Source: Eledone cirrhosa
Lineage: Eukaryota
Assembly: GCA_964016885.1 (NCBI GenBank)
Contig: OZ024742.1
Coordinates: 280,302,001 to 280,366,000, forward strand
Direction of reading: 5' to 3'
Length of the DNA: 64,000 nucleotides
A model generated the notes under the pieces. It was not told where the DNA came from, searched no databases, and saw only the letters and a list, made by a program, of their open reading frames with translations. The position numbers were made by a program, and so were the translations under genes. Below, piece by piece: positions 26,400-42,130 of the stretch; the first letter of the stretch is position 1, and every line of letters starts with the position of its first letter.

Positions 26400-28030
26400 A
26401 CGCTCACAGACAGTAAGAAAGACAGTGGATACACCTGATCACGGTAGGTAATATCTTCCCGAGGCTCGCAGACAAGATCATCTGCACGTTTATTGCACCT
26501 GAGCTAGGCGAGGAACTCAGCCCTGTGCAGGAGGAGACTGGCATGGCCAGCGGCTGATAAGGAGTTTTTTTTTTAATGTCCTTCCGAGACACTGCCGAGT
26601 CCTCGCATCGTCAAGCTTGACATGAGAAACGCCTGCAACTTGTGCGCCATGACATCATGCTTGAAGCTTTACTCAGCCGTGCCTCAACGCCTACCTACTG
26701 GCCTACCTTTCATACCGGTCCCCGAGTATGTTCCTCACCGCAGAGAAGATCATACCATTCTCAACCGTCGTCCAATAGGGCGATCCATTGGGCTCCCTCC
26801 TCTTCACTCTCGGGGTTGTCAGCATTTCTTGGAGCATCCACACTCCTCTCAACGTCCGGTATCAGTCGTTCCTACTCTAGCGAGAATCGGCCTCGAGATC
26901 GTTTCATCCAAGTCGTAGGTCGTGAACGTCAATTATCATGCTGAGGGATTCGTAGCCTCCGTCTCGAACGTGTGATCATTCCTACATCAGATGCAGCTGA
27001 CCACCAAGGAAGAGGTCTTTATCCCCGGATAACAGATTCTCCCGCCTGTCATTAGCTCTACCCTTAGGTTCAGACAACGCCAGCTAGAATCCATGACGAG
27101 TAGACTGTGCTTGATCGACTCCCATCCGGCACTCTTTCTGTTGAAGAACTGCTTCACCATGCTGAAGCTATTATAAACATTGCTCTGCGCCGTGCTACAG
27201 CCAAACATCTCTCCTCGTAAATATCGATGCTTGCATCCGAGTGGCTGCGAAGGAAATATGTAACGTCCGGTTTGACGACACATGATGGCAGCAGGCCAAC
27301 TTACCGGTCTGTGGTTTGAGTTCCACTGGCCCGGTCATCTTTCTTTTCGATGGTGAACTTTATCCTCTCCTCATCAATAGGGTTCTCTTCGGAACAACTG
27401 ATTCTTCTGTAATCGAGGAGCATGAGATGTCCTAAGTGGCATGGAACCACATCAGCCACCGCTCAGTTAACGTCCACCTCCTTGTGCATTGGTGTTTCTC
27501 GAGGCTCGGCTTCCGCATCTGTGAACCTCACAAATGCGGTTGCGGTAATATTATGGCTCCTTTCGGTCTCCACTCACTGTCATGCTGGTACAGAGCTGGT
27601 CACTTCCCACGCCATGCTACTCTCAACGAGCACATAAAGAATGGCCTGGATAGTGCAGGCCTCCATTCCTTCTACGAGCCAGTATGCCTGAACCGATGGG
27701 ACGGCAAATGGCCAGACGGCATGACAATCATCGTGTTCGCGGGGTGGGTCCATTATCTGGGATGCTACATGCTGGGACACCTACTCAAATAGCAACCTGT
27801 TGCGTTCGGCTATCAGTCCAGGCTCTGCAACTCACCAAGCCGAAGAGTGTAAATTGTCTAAGTATCGGTCGCTCTCGAATAGGTTTGTGGTAGAACCTGT
27901 AGCTGTGGAGACCTCCGGAGTTCTTGACGTCGGACCACATCCGGACACACGGATATTGAGCTGGAGTTGACACCCGCAGGTGGAGTGTCTGTTTCAGGCA
28001 GAGGGAACGTTAGTTAGTAGTGGAGGATAC
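26400..28030 (+). pseudogene. Decayed CRE-clade (restriction-like endonuclease) non-LTR retrotransposon
   Basis: LGFRICEPHKCGCG..GLHSLSC..RHATLN..EPVCLNRWDGKWPDGMT, WDATC and EPVAVETSGV; many frameshifts; the 5' boundary is uncertain. Confidence 0.8.
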
Positions 28031-29489
28031 TCGTTCGGACGTCATTCTACAACTAAACTATATTTACACTTATACAACTGTGAACCTCAACGTTGAAAGC
28101 GTTATAGTGCATACAAAATATCAGGAGCTTTACTAACTCTCAACAGTTAAACAGAACTATCATCGGTGCCACATATTTTTCCATCAATAACACTATTTTT
28201 TTTTCATTTTTCCACCCACTCCTACGATCTTAACTTCATAACTACCAACAATATATTTTAATAATTAAACACGAGCCAGACTTTTAATAAAATCTTAACT
28301 TCAGCATTATGCTATTTATAAAAAGGAAGCACATAAATAAATAAATAAATAAATAAATGAATAAATTTAATAAATAAATAAAATAAAATTATATACGGAA
28401 AGAAAGAGGAGAAATGTGAGAGAAATATTAAATATTAAAAATCCGGTTGGTCGTCGCAACAACTGCCGTGTGTTGCCTCGGTAAATCTATGGTAAATTTT
28501 AGCTTTTATTTTTATATCTTATTTAATTTTATGTTTGTAAAATGTAAAGGACTTAATAAAATAATTTATATATAGCCAGTATTAATTTTCTATATAGGTG
28601 TTGTATGTTTAATAACATAGCATTATTTTATAAGATTCATGAAGTATATTATATTCAGATAATTGAACAATAGCTTTCATGCGAAATTAACAAATTCCAT
28701 ATAGGATATCATGAAATCATGAACCAAATATTTTGTACCATCTTGACAACATCACTTAACCTGGATTCCTATTGACATCTTTCTCAAGATATTAAAAGGA
28801 AACTAATTGAATCGCTTTAAACAAGATAAACTCTCAACGTCAATGAATACCTTCCGAACACTACAACAAATATAGATCTATAGTTTATATTTACAGAAGA
28901 TAAAGCGAAATTTTGACAATAAATCCTTTATTAGATAATGTTCAAGTATGATATTTCAGAGTATCATCTGCACTAACAGCACTATCAGCACTACTTATAT
29001 ATCTACCACCAACGGCACTATTATCAGCAACAGTACCAACACCGACCCGCGTATCCAACACAACCATCATCACTAAAACTACGATTAACAATCACACCTC
29101 CCATCACCAACTCCAACGATATTATAATCTCTAACACGACTATCATCACAATCACTATGAAGCACCAACAAACCCCCAAAACAATGACACCACCATCATC
29201 ATTATCACCATCAAATCCACCTCAACAAACAATCTACCACAACTAACAACATCAACAACATTAAACACTGCCACTATTGATGCATCCATATATACAATAC
29301 GTTCGCACACATATACGCACAGCACCCCACCACCACTGACAGTACCACAATCACCTCCACGGCAACCACCCCTTAAACCACAAAGATTATAACTATCATT
29401 AACATCACAAGGAAATTTCCATCACCACCATCATCACCAATACCGACACCAATACGCATCACTACAACCTTGACAAACACTGTCATCAG

Positions 29490-29600
29490 GAAAAGCCCGT
29501 CTGAGGAGGGAACCCCGCGAGGTTGGGTGGCTGTTGCAGCGGGTGTCACTGGCCATCTATCGGGGGAATGCTTTTGCCGTCTTTCCCGCGGGGCACAGCA
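29490..29600 (+). pseudogene. 3'-terminal fragment of a second CRE-like element
   Basis: EPREVGWLLQRVSLAIYRGNAFAV matches the QRxSxAxxRGNA C-terminal motif. Confidence 0.65.
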
Positions 29601-30895
29601 CTCCTTGCTTCTTGCCCTAGGTCCAAAGCCCCATCCCCTTCTCTCACCTTCTCTTCTGTGACACCAGAGTCCTTGCCATCCCCTTTCTTTCCCGTTCTTT
29701 TTCTTCTTTCTTTCTCTCTCTTTTTTTTTCTTTTCTATATTTCCCTATTCTTTCTTTCCTCGTGTTCCCCCTTTATTCTCTTTTTTCTTACTAAATAAGG
29801 TTTCTTTCTTTTGAATTCATTTCATTAAAATCATTTAAAAAAAAATTAAATAAATCAGAAATGTTAGAAAGCATTTAATAAATACTCAACCACAACAATA
29901 CGGTAATGATAAACAGAAATGGCAAAAAGTAATAGAGAGAAAGGAAAAAAAAAGAAAAAAAGCGTAAGGAAAGCAAAACATGGCGGTGATAGATTCCCCA
30001 CAGTGAACAAAATGGCGAAAACATTGTCGCAGAGAACAGTCAACGACACTTTTTGAATTAGCCATCCCTCCTCCTCCCGAGAGCCTCCTTTTTCGGGTTC
30101 AATGCCCTCCTCCGGGTTTCTCGGAGGAAAATGACGCCAGGGTCTGAGATCAACGAAGGAGTAATGACTAGCAATTTGAAATCCAACTATAAACCGACTC
30201 AAGGAATCAATAATCTAAAACATACGACAACATTCAATCTCAAATACAAACAAACACCACTATCGGTCGATCTATTCATACTCATACAATCACATAAATG
30301 TTAACACAACCAACACCAGAATAATATCCCCATTCAACAAAGTGTATATTGAACTAAAACTTGACCATACCCAAAACTATAATGCAATCTATAATAACCA
30401 AAATCATCTAAGCACAGCTACCACACAGCACTACCGATTAATTCATGCATATATACATCCTCACATACCCGCTTGAATTCGTTAACCGTTACCCGAAAGA
30501 CAGTAAAACAACAAGTAAAGCAGTAATAAGATTATTTCACCATTCACTAAGAATACCAAGCTACCTATAGCAAGAAATATTACAGACAAGAACGACGAAT
30601 CACGGCTACCACCAACCATTATCCCTACATACATAATTACAAACCCATTTAAATGTATACACTGCCGAGAACACACATATCATTCAACAAGCTTCCAAGG
30701 CTTTCTATGATCAAACTCAATTAAAGAATAAACTATAATAAACAATAGAAGCAATGAACCACAACTAATATCACCATTAGCAGTACCACCCATACATCCA
30801 AACATCCATCCATGCAACCCGTCTCACACACACACTGAAACTCGTCGTCTATTACAATAAGGACAAGCTAACAAAACAACCATGTTAAGAAGAAA

Positions 30896-30896
<1 letters not shown>

Positions 30897-30937
<41 letters not shown>

Positions 30938-30982
30938 AAGAAGAAGAAGAAGAAGAAGAAGAAGAAGAAGAAGAAGAAGAAG

Positions 30983-31016
<34 letters not shown>

Positions 31017-31037
31017 GCAACAACAACAACAACAACA
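30897..31037. repeat. Compound (AGT)n(AAG)n(AAC)n microsatellite
   Basis: Direct inspection; a similar (AGT)n(AAG)n tract lies at 59487-59591. Confidence 0.95.
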
Positions 31038-31362
31038 GAAACGACAAGTACAACACCAACGCATTGAGAGGAACTAAAAACACAGACAGCTGGTCACGTG
31101 GCTAGACGTTTTCGGCTTCACTTTCGCTATTGTTGCTTCTCCACTTGACAAAGCTTCAACGAATAAACGAATAGATTGGTGGACGGTGGGAAGGATCGTC
31201 TAGAAAACGTTGATAACTACTGACCCGACTTACTCAATGACACTCACACTGAAAGAACGGAAGCATGCAAGCGAACAGTCCGCCATTTTGGCACAGCCAA
31301 TACACTTATGAGTACAGGCACGGGCATACATACGCACACAAAATACGCACATTCACAGACAC

Positions 31363-31463
<101 letters not shown>

Positions 31464-31627
31464 CATATGTATATATAAGTGTGTGTGTGTGTGTTGATGC
31501 ACATTTTAGGACTAAGCGATCAAAATATTATACTTCATATATGTATATTGGCCAGAAGCGGCTAAATCTAAATTCTTCATATCTCTTTGATAATATATGA
31601 TAATGTGTTTGAATATGTCCGTCCAGC

Positions 31628-31691
<64 letters not shown>

Positions 31692-31834
31692 GTGTGAGTG
31701 TGTGATTGTGTGTTTCTGTATGTGTGTGAAGGCACGTATAATTCATGATTAAGCGAACTCACACCTTGATGTGGATCTTTATGCACACAGACATGAATAT
31801 ATATCTATATCATATTCCTGTGGTAATCTCAATT

Positions 31835-31898
<64 letters not shown>

Positions 31899-31973
31899 AT
31901 ATATATTTATTAAAATATATATATATGTGTGTGTATATGTGTGTGTATGTCTGTGTGTGTCCATCTATATATG

Positions 31974-32035
<62 letters not shown>

Positions 32036-32184
32036 TGTATATATGTGTATATATACATATATATAGAGAGAGAGAACGAGAGTGAGAGAGCGAGATAGAG
32101 AGAGGGGGGGAATAGATAGATAGATAGAATGATTATATATATGGGATAGAGAGAGCGAGAGAATGGGAGTGATTGAGAGAAAGA

Positions 32185-32254
<70 letters not shown>

Positions 32255-32746
32255 GCGTGACAAAGAGAGAGAAATACGTGTGTCTGTATGTGATTTTGTG
32301 TGTATCTACGTGGTTTTAATTTTATGTCTGCGAAGAGGTTTAGGTAAATGTTTATGTGGGTGAATACGAAACTAGTAATGGTACAGCACGTAATATAGTT
32401 AGGAGTTCAAAGTAATATGTTTGAATGTCTGTATGTACATATGTATATATATAGGTTTGTATGTATGTATGTATGTATGTATGTATGTATGTACGCACGT
32501 ATATATATGCATGAACGTGTCTATATATATATAACTTATATATATATATATGTGTGTGTGTGTACATATACATACACACACTTAAACAAATATATTTACA
32601 TGCATACACACTTACATATATGTATATATACTTATAGATATATATGCACATAGATATATATTATATATATATATATGAATGTGCACACATATGTATATAT
32701 ATATATTTTTTTTTCTTCCTAATAATCGTCTCTTTCTCGCTGTTTT

Positions 32747-32824
<78 letters not shown>

Positions 32825-33085
32825 CATGCATACATTTATAGATATATACGTCCATACATACATACATCTATACATAAATACATAAATACATACATACATA
32901 CATACATATATAGTACATACATACATACATACATATATACGTACATACATACATACATACGTGTATGCATATATAACTTACAACTTTAATAACTTACAAA
33001 GTTATACCGATTCAGAAAGCGGAAGAAAATGAACAGAGACACAAAGAAAAGAAAGAAACAAAGAAGGAATGAAGAAAGTTTTATG

Positions 33086-33323
33086 AGAAGAAGAAGAAGA
33101 AGAAGAAGAAGAAGAAGAAGAAGAAGAAGAAGAAGAAGAAGAAGAAGAAGAAGAAGAAGAAGAAGAAGAAGAAGAAGAAGAAGAAGAAGAAGAAGAAGAA
33201 GAAGAAGAAGAAGAAGAAGAAGAAGAAGAAGAAGAAGAAGAAGAAGAAGAAGAAGAAGAAGAAGAAGAAGAAGAAGAAGAAGAAGAAGAAGAAGAAGAAG
33301 AAGAAGAAGAAGAAGAAGAAGAA
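33086..33323. repeat. Long perfect (AAG)n microsatellite
   Basis: Direct inspection. Confidence 0.97.
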
Positions 33324-33761
33324 GGAAGTACTGTCGACATCGGAATGAGAATAAGAATGTAGAAGAAAGAAAAAAATTATGGAAAGAAATATTCATTATT
33401 ATTGTGTCTTTTATGTGTCTATTTTGAGAATTCCATTAAAATATGTTTACATAATTGCATTGGCTTACAATTGTATACCTTTGCTCACACCATACTTTTG
33501 CTACAACCTTCACTGCTTACATTTTTACATTTCTGTATTTATATATAACTATATTGTTTAATATGTTTGTCTGTCTGTCTGTCCGTCCGTAAGTATGTAT
33601 GCATCTTTGAATGTATATATATATATATATATAAGTACGTATGTATTTATGTATGTATATACGTACGCATGCATGTGTTTGGGTGTTTATGGGTGTTTAT
33701 GTGTGTCTGTACAGACGTAAGTATGTAAGTACTTGTGTACATATGTATATATCTATAGATC

Positions 33762-33829
<68 letters not shown>

Positions 33830-33946
33830 AGTCTCTCTCTCTCTGTCTCTCTCTCTATATATATATACATATGATCTATTTATCTCTATATATATCTTCT
33901 AATGTTTGTCTATCTATACACTGTATTAAATGAGTGTGTGTATATA

Positions 33947-34006
<60 letters not shown>

Positions 34007-34036
34007 CTTGTTGTATCCCAAGAATTTAAATATAAC

Positions 34037-34090
<54 letters not shown>

Positions 34091-34358
34091 TTGTGTGTGT
34101 GTTTGTGTATGTGTGTGTACATATTTATATATCCTAGACTGTAGATATATCTATACATCTATGTGGGTATGTGTGGTGCTTCTATTTCATATTTTGCCTA
34201 GAGATGAGATGAGGCTATTTATGCATGAGTATAACCTAACAGAACAAAACCTGTATATTTAGCTATATAACACAGGTATTGGGGCATGTCTAACGTGGCA
34301 TCCATTTTACCTTCTCACTCTCCATCACAGCATCTCTCTTTCCCTTACATTGTTTATT

Positions 34359-34410
<52 letters not shown>

Positions 34411-34435
34411 CATATATATATATTAAATGTATATG

Positions 34436-34517
<82 letters not shown>

Positions 34518-34560
34518 CGTTTATATGTTTATATATATATATAAATATATATATAAATAT

Positions 34561-34680
<120 letters not shown>

Positions 34681-35070
34681 CCAATTCTAAACGTTTTCAG
34701 TCTCTCTCTATCACTCTGTAGTCTGCAACTGGCTTCCTAGATTATCTATTTCTCTTAATATAAATGTAATAAACGTGTGCGCATGCGGCGGCGAGAGTAT
34801 GCGCGTGTTTGAATTTGTTTAATGTGCGTATGTGTTTGTGGATATATCAATTCGCTTATGCAGCAAGAGTTAATTATGAACGTCTAAGCATAAATTTAAT
34901 ATAGCCAGACAGCCATACAGCCGTACAGCCGTACAGCCGTTCAGATTAATGCATAGACATCGCCTATACACGTCAAAGCAATGGCCATGCACTTATAAAC
35001 ATAAGCATACATATCAAAATACACACGCGCGCACGCACACACACACACAGAGACACAGACACACTCGCAC

Positions 35071-35105
<35 letters not shown>

Positions 35106-35134
35106 AGTGTGTGTGTGTGTGTAAAGGACTGCAA

Positions 35135-35250
35135 CATAGTAGTTAAAATGTTTGACTTGCGATCGTAAATTTTTGAGTTCGACGCTCCGACCGGTTGATG
35201 TTCTGTGTCCTTTAGCAATATCCTTTATTTCACGTTGCTCCAGTTCACTC
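35135..35250 (+). mobile_element. Decayed tRNA/CORE-like SINE head directly upstream of the RTE element
   Basis: tagtagttaa..gagttcgacgctcc..gtgtcctttagcaa..ttgctccagttcactc. Confidence 0.4.
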
Positions 35251-35689
35251 CCTTGTAGAACTGTGTTGCGACGTCACTGGTGCCAAGCTGTATCTTCTGT
35301 TGCCTTTGCTTTGGTTAAAATCGATAGCAGTGAGAGGAGAGATGGGCAATGGGTGATACATGTAGCTCCCAAGATTACTCTCACAACCCACTAACGTAGC
35401 TATGACGAGGTGAGTAAAGGCCGCCTCTGAAACAAGTCGATATTTCGCAGATTTGAGAAAGTACCAGATTGGTGACTGAGCAAATAAGACCACCGAAACT
35501 GCAACTGATATATTTTGAGAGGAAGATAAAAGGAATCATGCGGTTAACAAGGCACAAGTTCATGCCTTAGGTTAAGGGTCTGTTCGAAAAATATATTTCA
35601 GTCACCATTGCATGCCACAAGAATTGGCGATGAGCCTGCAAGCTGTCTTGAGAGATGTGGGATGGACGTACAAAAATTGCTGATACTGA

Positions 35690-37800
35690 GACCCGAAACA
35701 GTGTCCGGAGGGGAGCAAACCTTCAAAATTGGAACCTGGAACATTACAACCGTTACCGGTAAGGAAGTGAAAATAGTGGGGAAAATAGTGGTTAGATGCA
35801 ACCGGCTAGATATAGTTGGGGTTTCCTAAGCACATTTCCGTAACTTTGATACTGTGGATGTGGCTGGAGGATAAATACACCACTATTCAGTCGTGGCGCC
35901 AGAAATGACTTCACTTGCGGGAGTGTGATAGTCACAATCCCCCTTCTTTCAGAATGTTTTATGGCCAGGATCCCACATGGATATATGAATGGAGGGGCCT
36001 TATTAGACGTTTGCTCAAGCAATGGATGATCTATTATGTACGCCGTCTTCCAGCACAGAGACATCCATAAACACAAATGGTTTATGGGAAATCAGGGACA
36101 AGGGTCAATATTTGATTTTGTTAGTGTCTCTGATCTCTTGGAAATAGGTTCTCCTTCTTTCAATCGCGATACAAGCAGGTACGGCGAATCTCAGCAGAGT
36201 CAGTATAGGCTTCCAAAGTTAAAATATGGAGGATGTTTAGGTTAAACTGGAATCCGACATGAGCTCAGAAAATAAATATTTTTGGCAGAGCCTCCAGCGA
36301 CATCGAAATAACAAGTATTTTCCTGCTATCAGTTCTCTCTTCAGAGATGTGCATCCTCGCGAGTTGGAGAGAATATATTATTGATTTCCTAAACGCGTTC
36401 ACAACAGCATCTTCTGATATACATGAAGTGCATCTGGGAGCGGTGACTTATCTCTAGGGGGCTGAGGTCACAAGAGTAGGTAAAGAGCTCAAATGTGGGA
36501 AGGCTGTTGAGGAAGATAAATTCCGGACTGAGATGTCAAAGGCCTTAAATAGAGAAAGTCTTCTCTGGCTGATTCGTTTGTGCCAGGTGGCCTGGATCTC
36601 TGGAAGGGCACCCAAGCAATGACAATCGGGTGTCATAATCCCAATTTTCAAAAAGGGAGACAAGAAAGATTATTCCAATTACAGTGGGATCTCCTTGTTT
36701 AGCTTCCCCGTTAAAGTCAATGCTAAATGTCTGGCAACAAGATGCAGGGAGATTGTGGAGATCAAGCCAGCTGATGAAATAAGCAGTTTTATCTTCGGAC
36801 GCAGCAGAGCCGACAAAATATTCAAACTGCGGCAGGTCTTCGAGAAATCGTGGGAATATTGCCAAGAGGTATATTCTTGTTTTGTGAACCTCGAAAAGGC
36901 CTCGGGACATGATATGGACCGTACTGTCACCACTCCTGTTCATCATATTCAAGAAAAGAATTGACATGCTCCTCCGGGTTGGAAATGGTATCACAACTGG
37001 CGGATGTAAAATCCGTTGGCTGGAAATTGCAAACATGTGTTAGTTAACTGGACAGCAAGGGATTTTCGACTTGCGATTGATAATTTTGATTCCGAATGCT
37101 GCATGTCTGGAATGAAAATCAGTGCGGAAAAACCGAGACACTCGTCCTCTCAAGGAAGCCTGCACAGTGCACACTACATGTGAATGGAGTTCCATTGAAG
37201 CAGGTGAAGGTCAAGTATCTTCGGCCGTGTTCAAGAGTGATGGAAGGTAGGAGGCTGAATTAAGTGCAAGAATTGAAGGAGCTGGGGCAGCAATGCGCGC
37301 CAGTTTCAGCTTTCAGTTATCAGAAGGGAGGCAGGTGTATAAGCCAAATTCGCTATCTTCCATTCATCATTCAGTAATCAGAAGAAGGGAGGTAGGTGTA
37401 TAAACCAAAGTCGATATCTTCCATTCGGCATTCGTGAAAACACTTGCCTATAGTCATGAATCTTGGGTAATGAAATGAATAGTATGATTTGAATACAAGC
37501 GACGAAATGGGGACGTTACTCGGTAGAATGCGTAGCTCGGAGATCAAAGAATCACTCCAGGTAGAACCACTACTTCAACGAATTGATAGATCACAGCTCA
37601 GATACTATGGGCATGTGGTTAGAATGTCTCAGGAAAAAAAATCGCTGGACAGATTTTACGGGCAAAACGAACCGGCAGGTGCTCCAGGGGTAGAGCCAGA
37701 GCAAGATAAGCGTTCTCATTCAAATGCTTTCAAAGCCAATTTGCCCTTTCCCCCTAAACATGTCACATTCTAGATGTTTCCGCTGGATCAAAGAGGGAGG
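35690..37800 (+). pseudogene. Decayed RTE-clade LINE (APE + RT)
   Basis: FKIGTWNI..LDIVGVS (APE); VIIPIFKKGDKKDYSNYSGISL and FVNLEKA (RT); IDRSQLRYYGHVVRM (RTE C-terminus); internal ~60 bp duplication at 37320-37432. Confidence 0.85.
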
Positions 37801-38434
37801 ATTGAGAGGGTGTTTGCATCTGCTAGCGACTACATGCTCACTTAATCTTATTAGCGAAATCCTGGTACACATTACCACGTCATCCTCGATCACGAAAGAT
37901 GGTTGTTAAACAACAAATACATATTTTTATTCATTATTTGCGTTTACTACAATAATGATTAAAATTTACTCATTTGTGTATGAGATGTTATCAAAATTAC
38001 AGGGTATTAGTCTGTTATTGATGAAACATATTCTCTAAAATGGGTTTCAAGTTCTAAGAAGCTTGAAACTCTTTCGTGAGACGTTCTTAGTTTCGGCATA
38101 CAGGAATTACCCCCAAAAGGTTCTAGCTTGGTAAAATCTAAAAAGAAATCACTTTGTGTGGATGAGTAGCAGTAACTCAAACATGCAAGTATCCACTTTT
38201 ATTTACCCTTAATTTAATCCTTAAGCGTAATCAGTGAGGCAGTGTGAAACAAACCTGTAATTATACAGGCAATGCATTATATTGTGAAGGAGGGTGGCTG
38301 AGTTGAAACCGTAGATAGTATTAGTAATTGGAAAGATTTGTCTGATTGGCTTCCTTGCACTTTTAGTTCAACATGATATGCTAGGTTGTTATTTAATAGA
38401 CGCGTATAAATATCATAACCAATATGTTAATCTA

Positions 38435-38608
38435 TAATTGTTTCTACTTTTGGCACAATGCCAGAAATTATCCCAGTGCATTACTGGTACTTTATTTTAT
38501 CGACCTCGTAAGGATGAAAGGCAAAGTTAATCTCGGCGTGATTTGAACTCAGACCGTAAATGTCCGTAACGATGCTGCAAAGCATGTTCGATGCTCTCCC
38601 GATATTGC
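38435..38608 (-). mobile_element. SINE family 1
   Basis: Reverse complement of the family consensus. Confidence 0.85.
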
Positions 38609-38769
38609 TACATAAGTATCGTTACAGGTATTGTAAGCTGTCAATATTCCACTACTACATAGGTACGTGTGAGAACACCAAACACATGCCTGTATGATGT
38701 TTATTACCTATAACTTATATGAAGTTTGCAGTTGAATCATTTGATATGAGGCATATATGAGTTTATTAT

Positions 38770-38981
38770 GGGCTGGTTGTATCGGTAGAGCGTCGGACAC
38801 CATGCTTTGCGGAATAGAGTTACGGCATTTTACGTTCTGAGTTCAAATCCCACCAAGGGTTAGCTTTGCCTTTCATTCTAACGGGGTTCATAAATAAAAC
38901 ACCAGTAATGCACTGGGGCCGATTTAATACATTTTCCTCTCTCCTACAAATAACTGGCCTTGTGCCTAAAGTAGAAACAAG
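38770..38981 (+). mobile_element. SINE family 1, longer-tail variant
   Basis: Consensus match with an extra ~25 nt before ctggccttgtgcc. Confidence 0.85.
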
Positions 38982-39667
38982 CATATTTTATATACTTCCA
39001 TATACACCTCTATTATGAAGAACACTATGGTATGTCTGCAGCTAATTAATTTGTCATGAGTTTCTTTTTTCGAACATCCAAAATTTGTTCTATTAATTAT
39101 CAACAACATTTGAACATTAGCGTGACAATAATTTTAATCAAAATCATTCTTCTGAAACTCTTAGCTAGCAACACACAGCGATGTTTATGTATAAAACAGA
39201 TATAACTAGATTTGGTAACAGTCACAGATGTTACTGTCACAAATACAAAAGTACTGGAACAAATAGCGCAAGGCCTATCGTCCAACGCTTCGACAATCCG
39301 ACACGCAATTCACCTCTCTGGAACGGTAATTTATTTATCGATCACAAAAAAATATAATCAATACATTTACCTCGGTGTTAGTCGAACACAGAGCGCAGTG
39401 TCAAAATAGTACGCGGTATTTAATCCGACGTTCTAATGGGTAATAGTTCACAGTATATATATGTATGTATATTTGCATCTGTGTGTCTGTGTGTGTGTGC
39501 AAGTATGGATGTACATAAATGAAGGCATTGCTCTATATCTATGAGCTACCATACAACTTATTATTCTCAATCTCCTTCACACCTTCTCACTTTCATCACG
39601 ATTTTATGTCCGAACTATAATTTTCTTATCGCTTTCCCCATTAGTTTTAGTAATATATATGTGTATA

Positions 39668-39753
<86 letters not shown>

Positions 39754-39795
39754 AATGTATACATATATGTATATATATATATATATGTACATATG

Positions 39796-39857
<62 letters not shown>

Positions 39858-39918
39858 TATATGTATATATATATATGTATATATATATAACCATATATGA
39901 ATATATATATATATATAA

Positions 39919-39955
<37 letters not shown>

Positions 39956-40098
39956 TATATATATATATATGCATATATATATATATGCATATATATATGT
40001 GTGTGTGTATACATATGTGTGTGTTTGCATGAATAAACGTATATGTGTGTTTATATATATAAATATATATATGTATATTTATACATATACCTATGTAT

Positions 40099-40150
<52 letters not shown>

Positions 40151-40989
40151 TACATATATGAGCACATAAATACATATACACTAACTTACATATAGATAGA
40201 CATACAGGGTTCTAATCAGTATGCAGTGTTAGAGCACCTGTTTTCTCTATAACTCACAGAGTCATACACATATGCACACAAACGTAAGTAAGTATGCAAC
40301 GCTTCACATACTTCACACACCGACACGTACATCTGGTTCGTTCGTATGATGATTTCAGCAGGAAATATAATATAATTCCAGCCTTTGTTTTGAATATTCA
40401 TGGCGGCCCATTTCAACCATTTTTAGTTTTATTTTTCTCATTTTATAATGTTACTTTCTCAAGACTCTCCTTTCATTTAATCGTTATAAATATATCGGAG
40501 TAAATGTAAAAATCTTAATTTAATCTCTCTAATTTCTTCAACTTTTATTTCAACTTTACACTCCACTGCCTTCAATTTGATAAGTTCCTTGAAACACTGT
40601 AAAATTATACATCGTAGGAAAAAGAGAATTTGTATTTTTTGACGAACGTTTTTGAAGAATGTATTGATGGCGGTGTCGGTGCAAATATATAACATGAAAC
40701 AGTAACTTGTGCTGATGGTGGCAGGAAGACAGTAGTAGTAGTGATGGTGGTGTATTTAACGACAGTGGTTCGGTGGATTAGCGTTATGGGTCATGCTTAG
40801 CAGAGTTGTTAGAGTGTGGGGTGAGATGCTTTATGTTATGTATTTATACTTGTCTATCGTGGGTTTGAATCTCACAGAAGCAACAGTTGATTTACATCTT
40901 TTTTTTTTAGAATATCACTTAAGAGGACTTATGTTATATGTTTCAGCTCTGCGTTCTGAGTTCTTATTCGGCTCTGGTCTACTTAAGTG

Positions 40990-41039
40990 ATCCAAGTGTC
41001 AGGGGTGCACGTTAATTGTGCACCACCTGACACTTGGAT
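40990..41039. repeat. 50 bp hairpin/palindrome
   Basis: atccaagtgtcagg-ggtgcac-gttaatt-gtgcacc-a-cctgacacttggat. Confidence 0.85.
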
Positions 41040-41217
41040 TGCTTTAACGGTGTCCACTCAGCTGTTATCGTTCAATTCAGCTCTCCTGTTTGAGAATATT
41101 TTCTGCCCTTTTCCCTTGTTGTAGAATGGTTCTTCAAAGTGGTCAATGACATCGTATGTTCTTCCTTAGCAAAATGTATAAGCAAAAAAGGAAAATGGGA
41201 TATCATTTATTATCGTA

Positions 41218-41603
41218 GGGGTGGTGGACTGGCAGTATCGGTAGAGGGTCGGACGCCATACCTTGCAGCAAAGAGTTACGACCCCTTATGGTCTGAGTTC
41301 AAATCCCGCCGAGGTTAACTTTGCCTTTCATCCTTACGGGGTCGATAAAATTAAGTACCAGTAATACACTGGAATAATTGCTGGCCTTGTGCCACAAGTA
41401 TAAACAAAGGGCGGTGGATTGGCAGTATCCGTAGAGGGTCGGACACCATACTTTGACGCATAGAGTTACGGCCCTTGCCATTCTAAGTTCAAATCCCGCC
41501 GAGGTTAACTTTGCCTTTCATCCTTACAGGGTCGATAAAATAAAGTACCAGTAATGCACTGTGATAATTGATGGCCTTGTGCCAAAAGTAGAAGCAATTA
41601 TTT
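41218..41603 (+). mobile_element. Head-to-tail dimer of SINE family 1
   Basis: Two complete copies at about 41218-41406 and 41409-41603. Confidence 0.9.
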
Positions 41604-42082
41604 ATTATCGTACAATAAGAAATGTGTTTCTTGTATTAATGTATAGCTGGTACTTCACAGTTGATAATATAAGTTATAGTCCTGTAAGGTTAGAGCTGTG
41701 GTTAGTGTAATTCTATCACTATATATCAGAATTTCTATCTGTTTGTCTATCTGTCTATCTATATATTTATATATATATATATATATATTATATATAAATA
41801 TATATGTATGTATGTATGTATGCATATATTTACATATATATATATATACGGGAGTGTATGTACGTATATAGATATATATATATAAATGAAACGTATAGAA
41901 AGTATTATATATATATATATATTTATTAAAATAACAGATTAAAGATTAAGCAAAGAATTGCTGCTTTCACCCTTAACTGGATGTTCTGAAACTCTATTTT
42001 TGCTCTACGGTTCTTATATATTTGATATATATTTATCCTTATCGAGCCCTCTTTCGATCTTAGTCTTCAAATTGATTATTAT

Positions 42083-42130
<48 letters not shown>

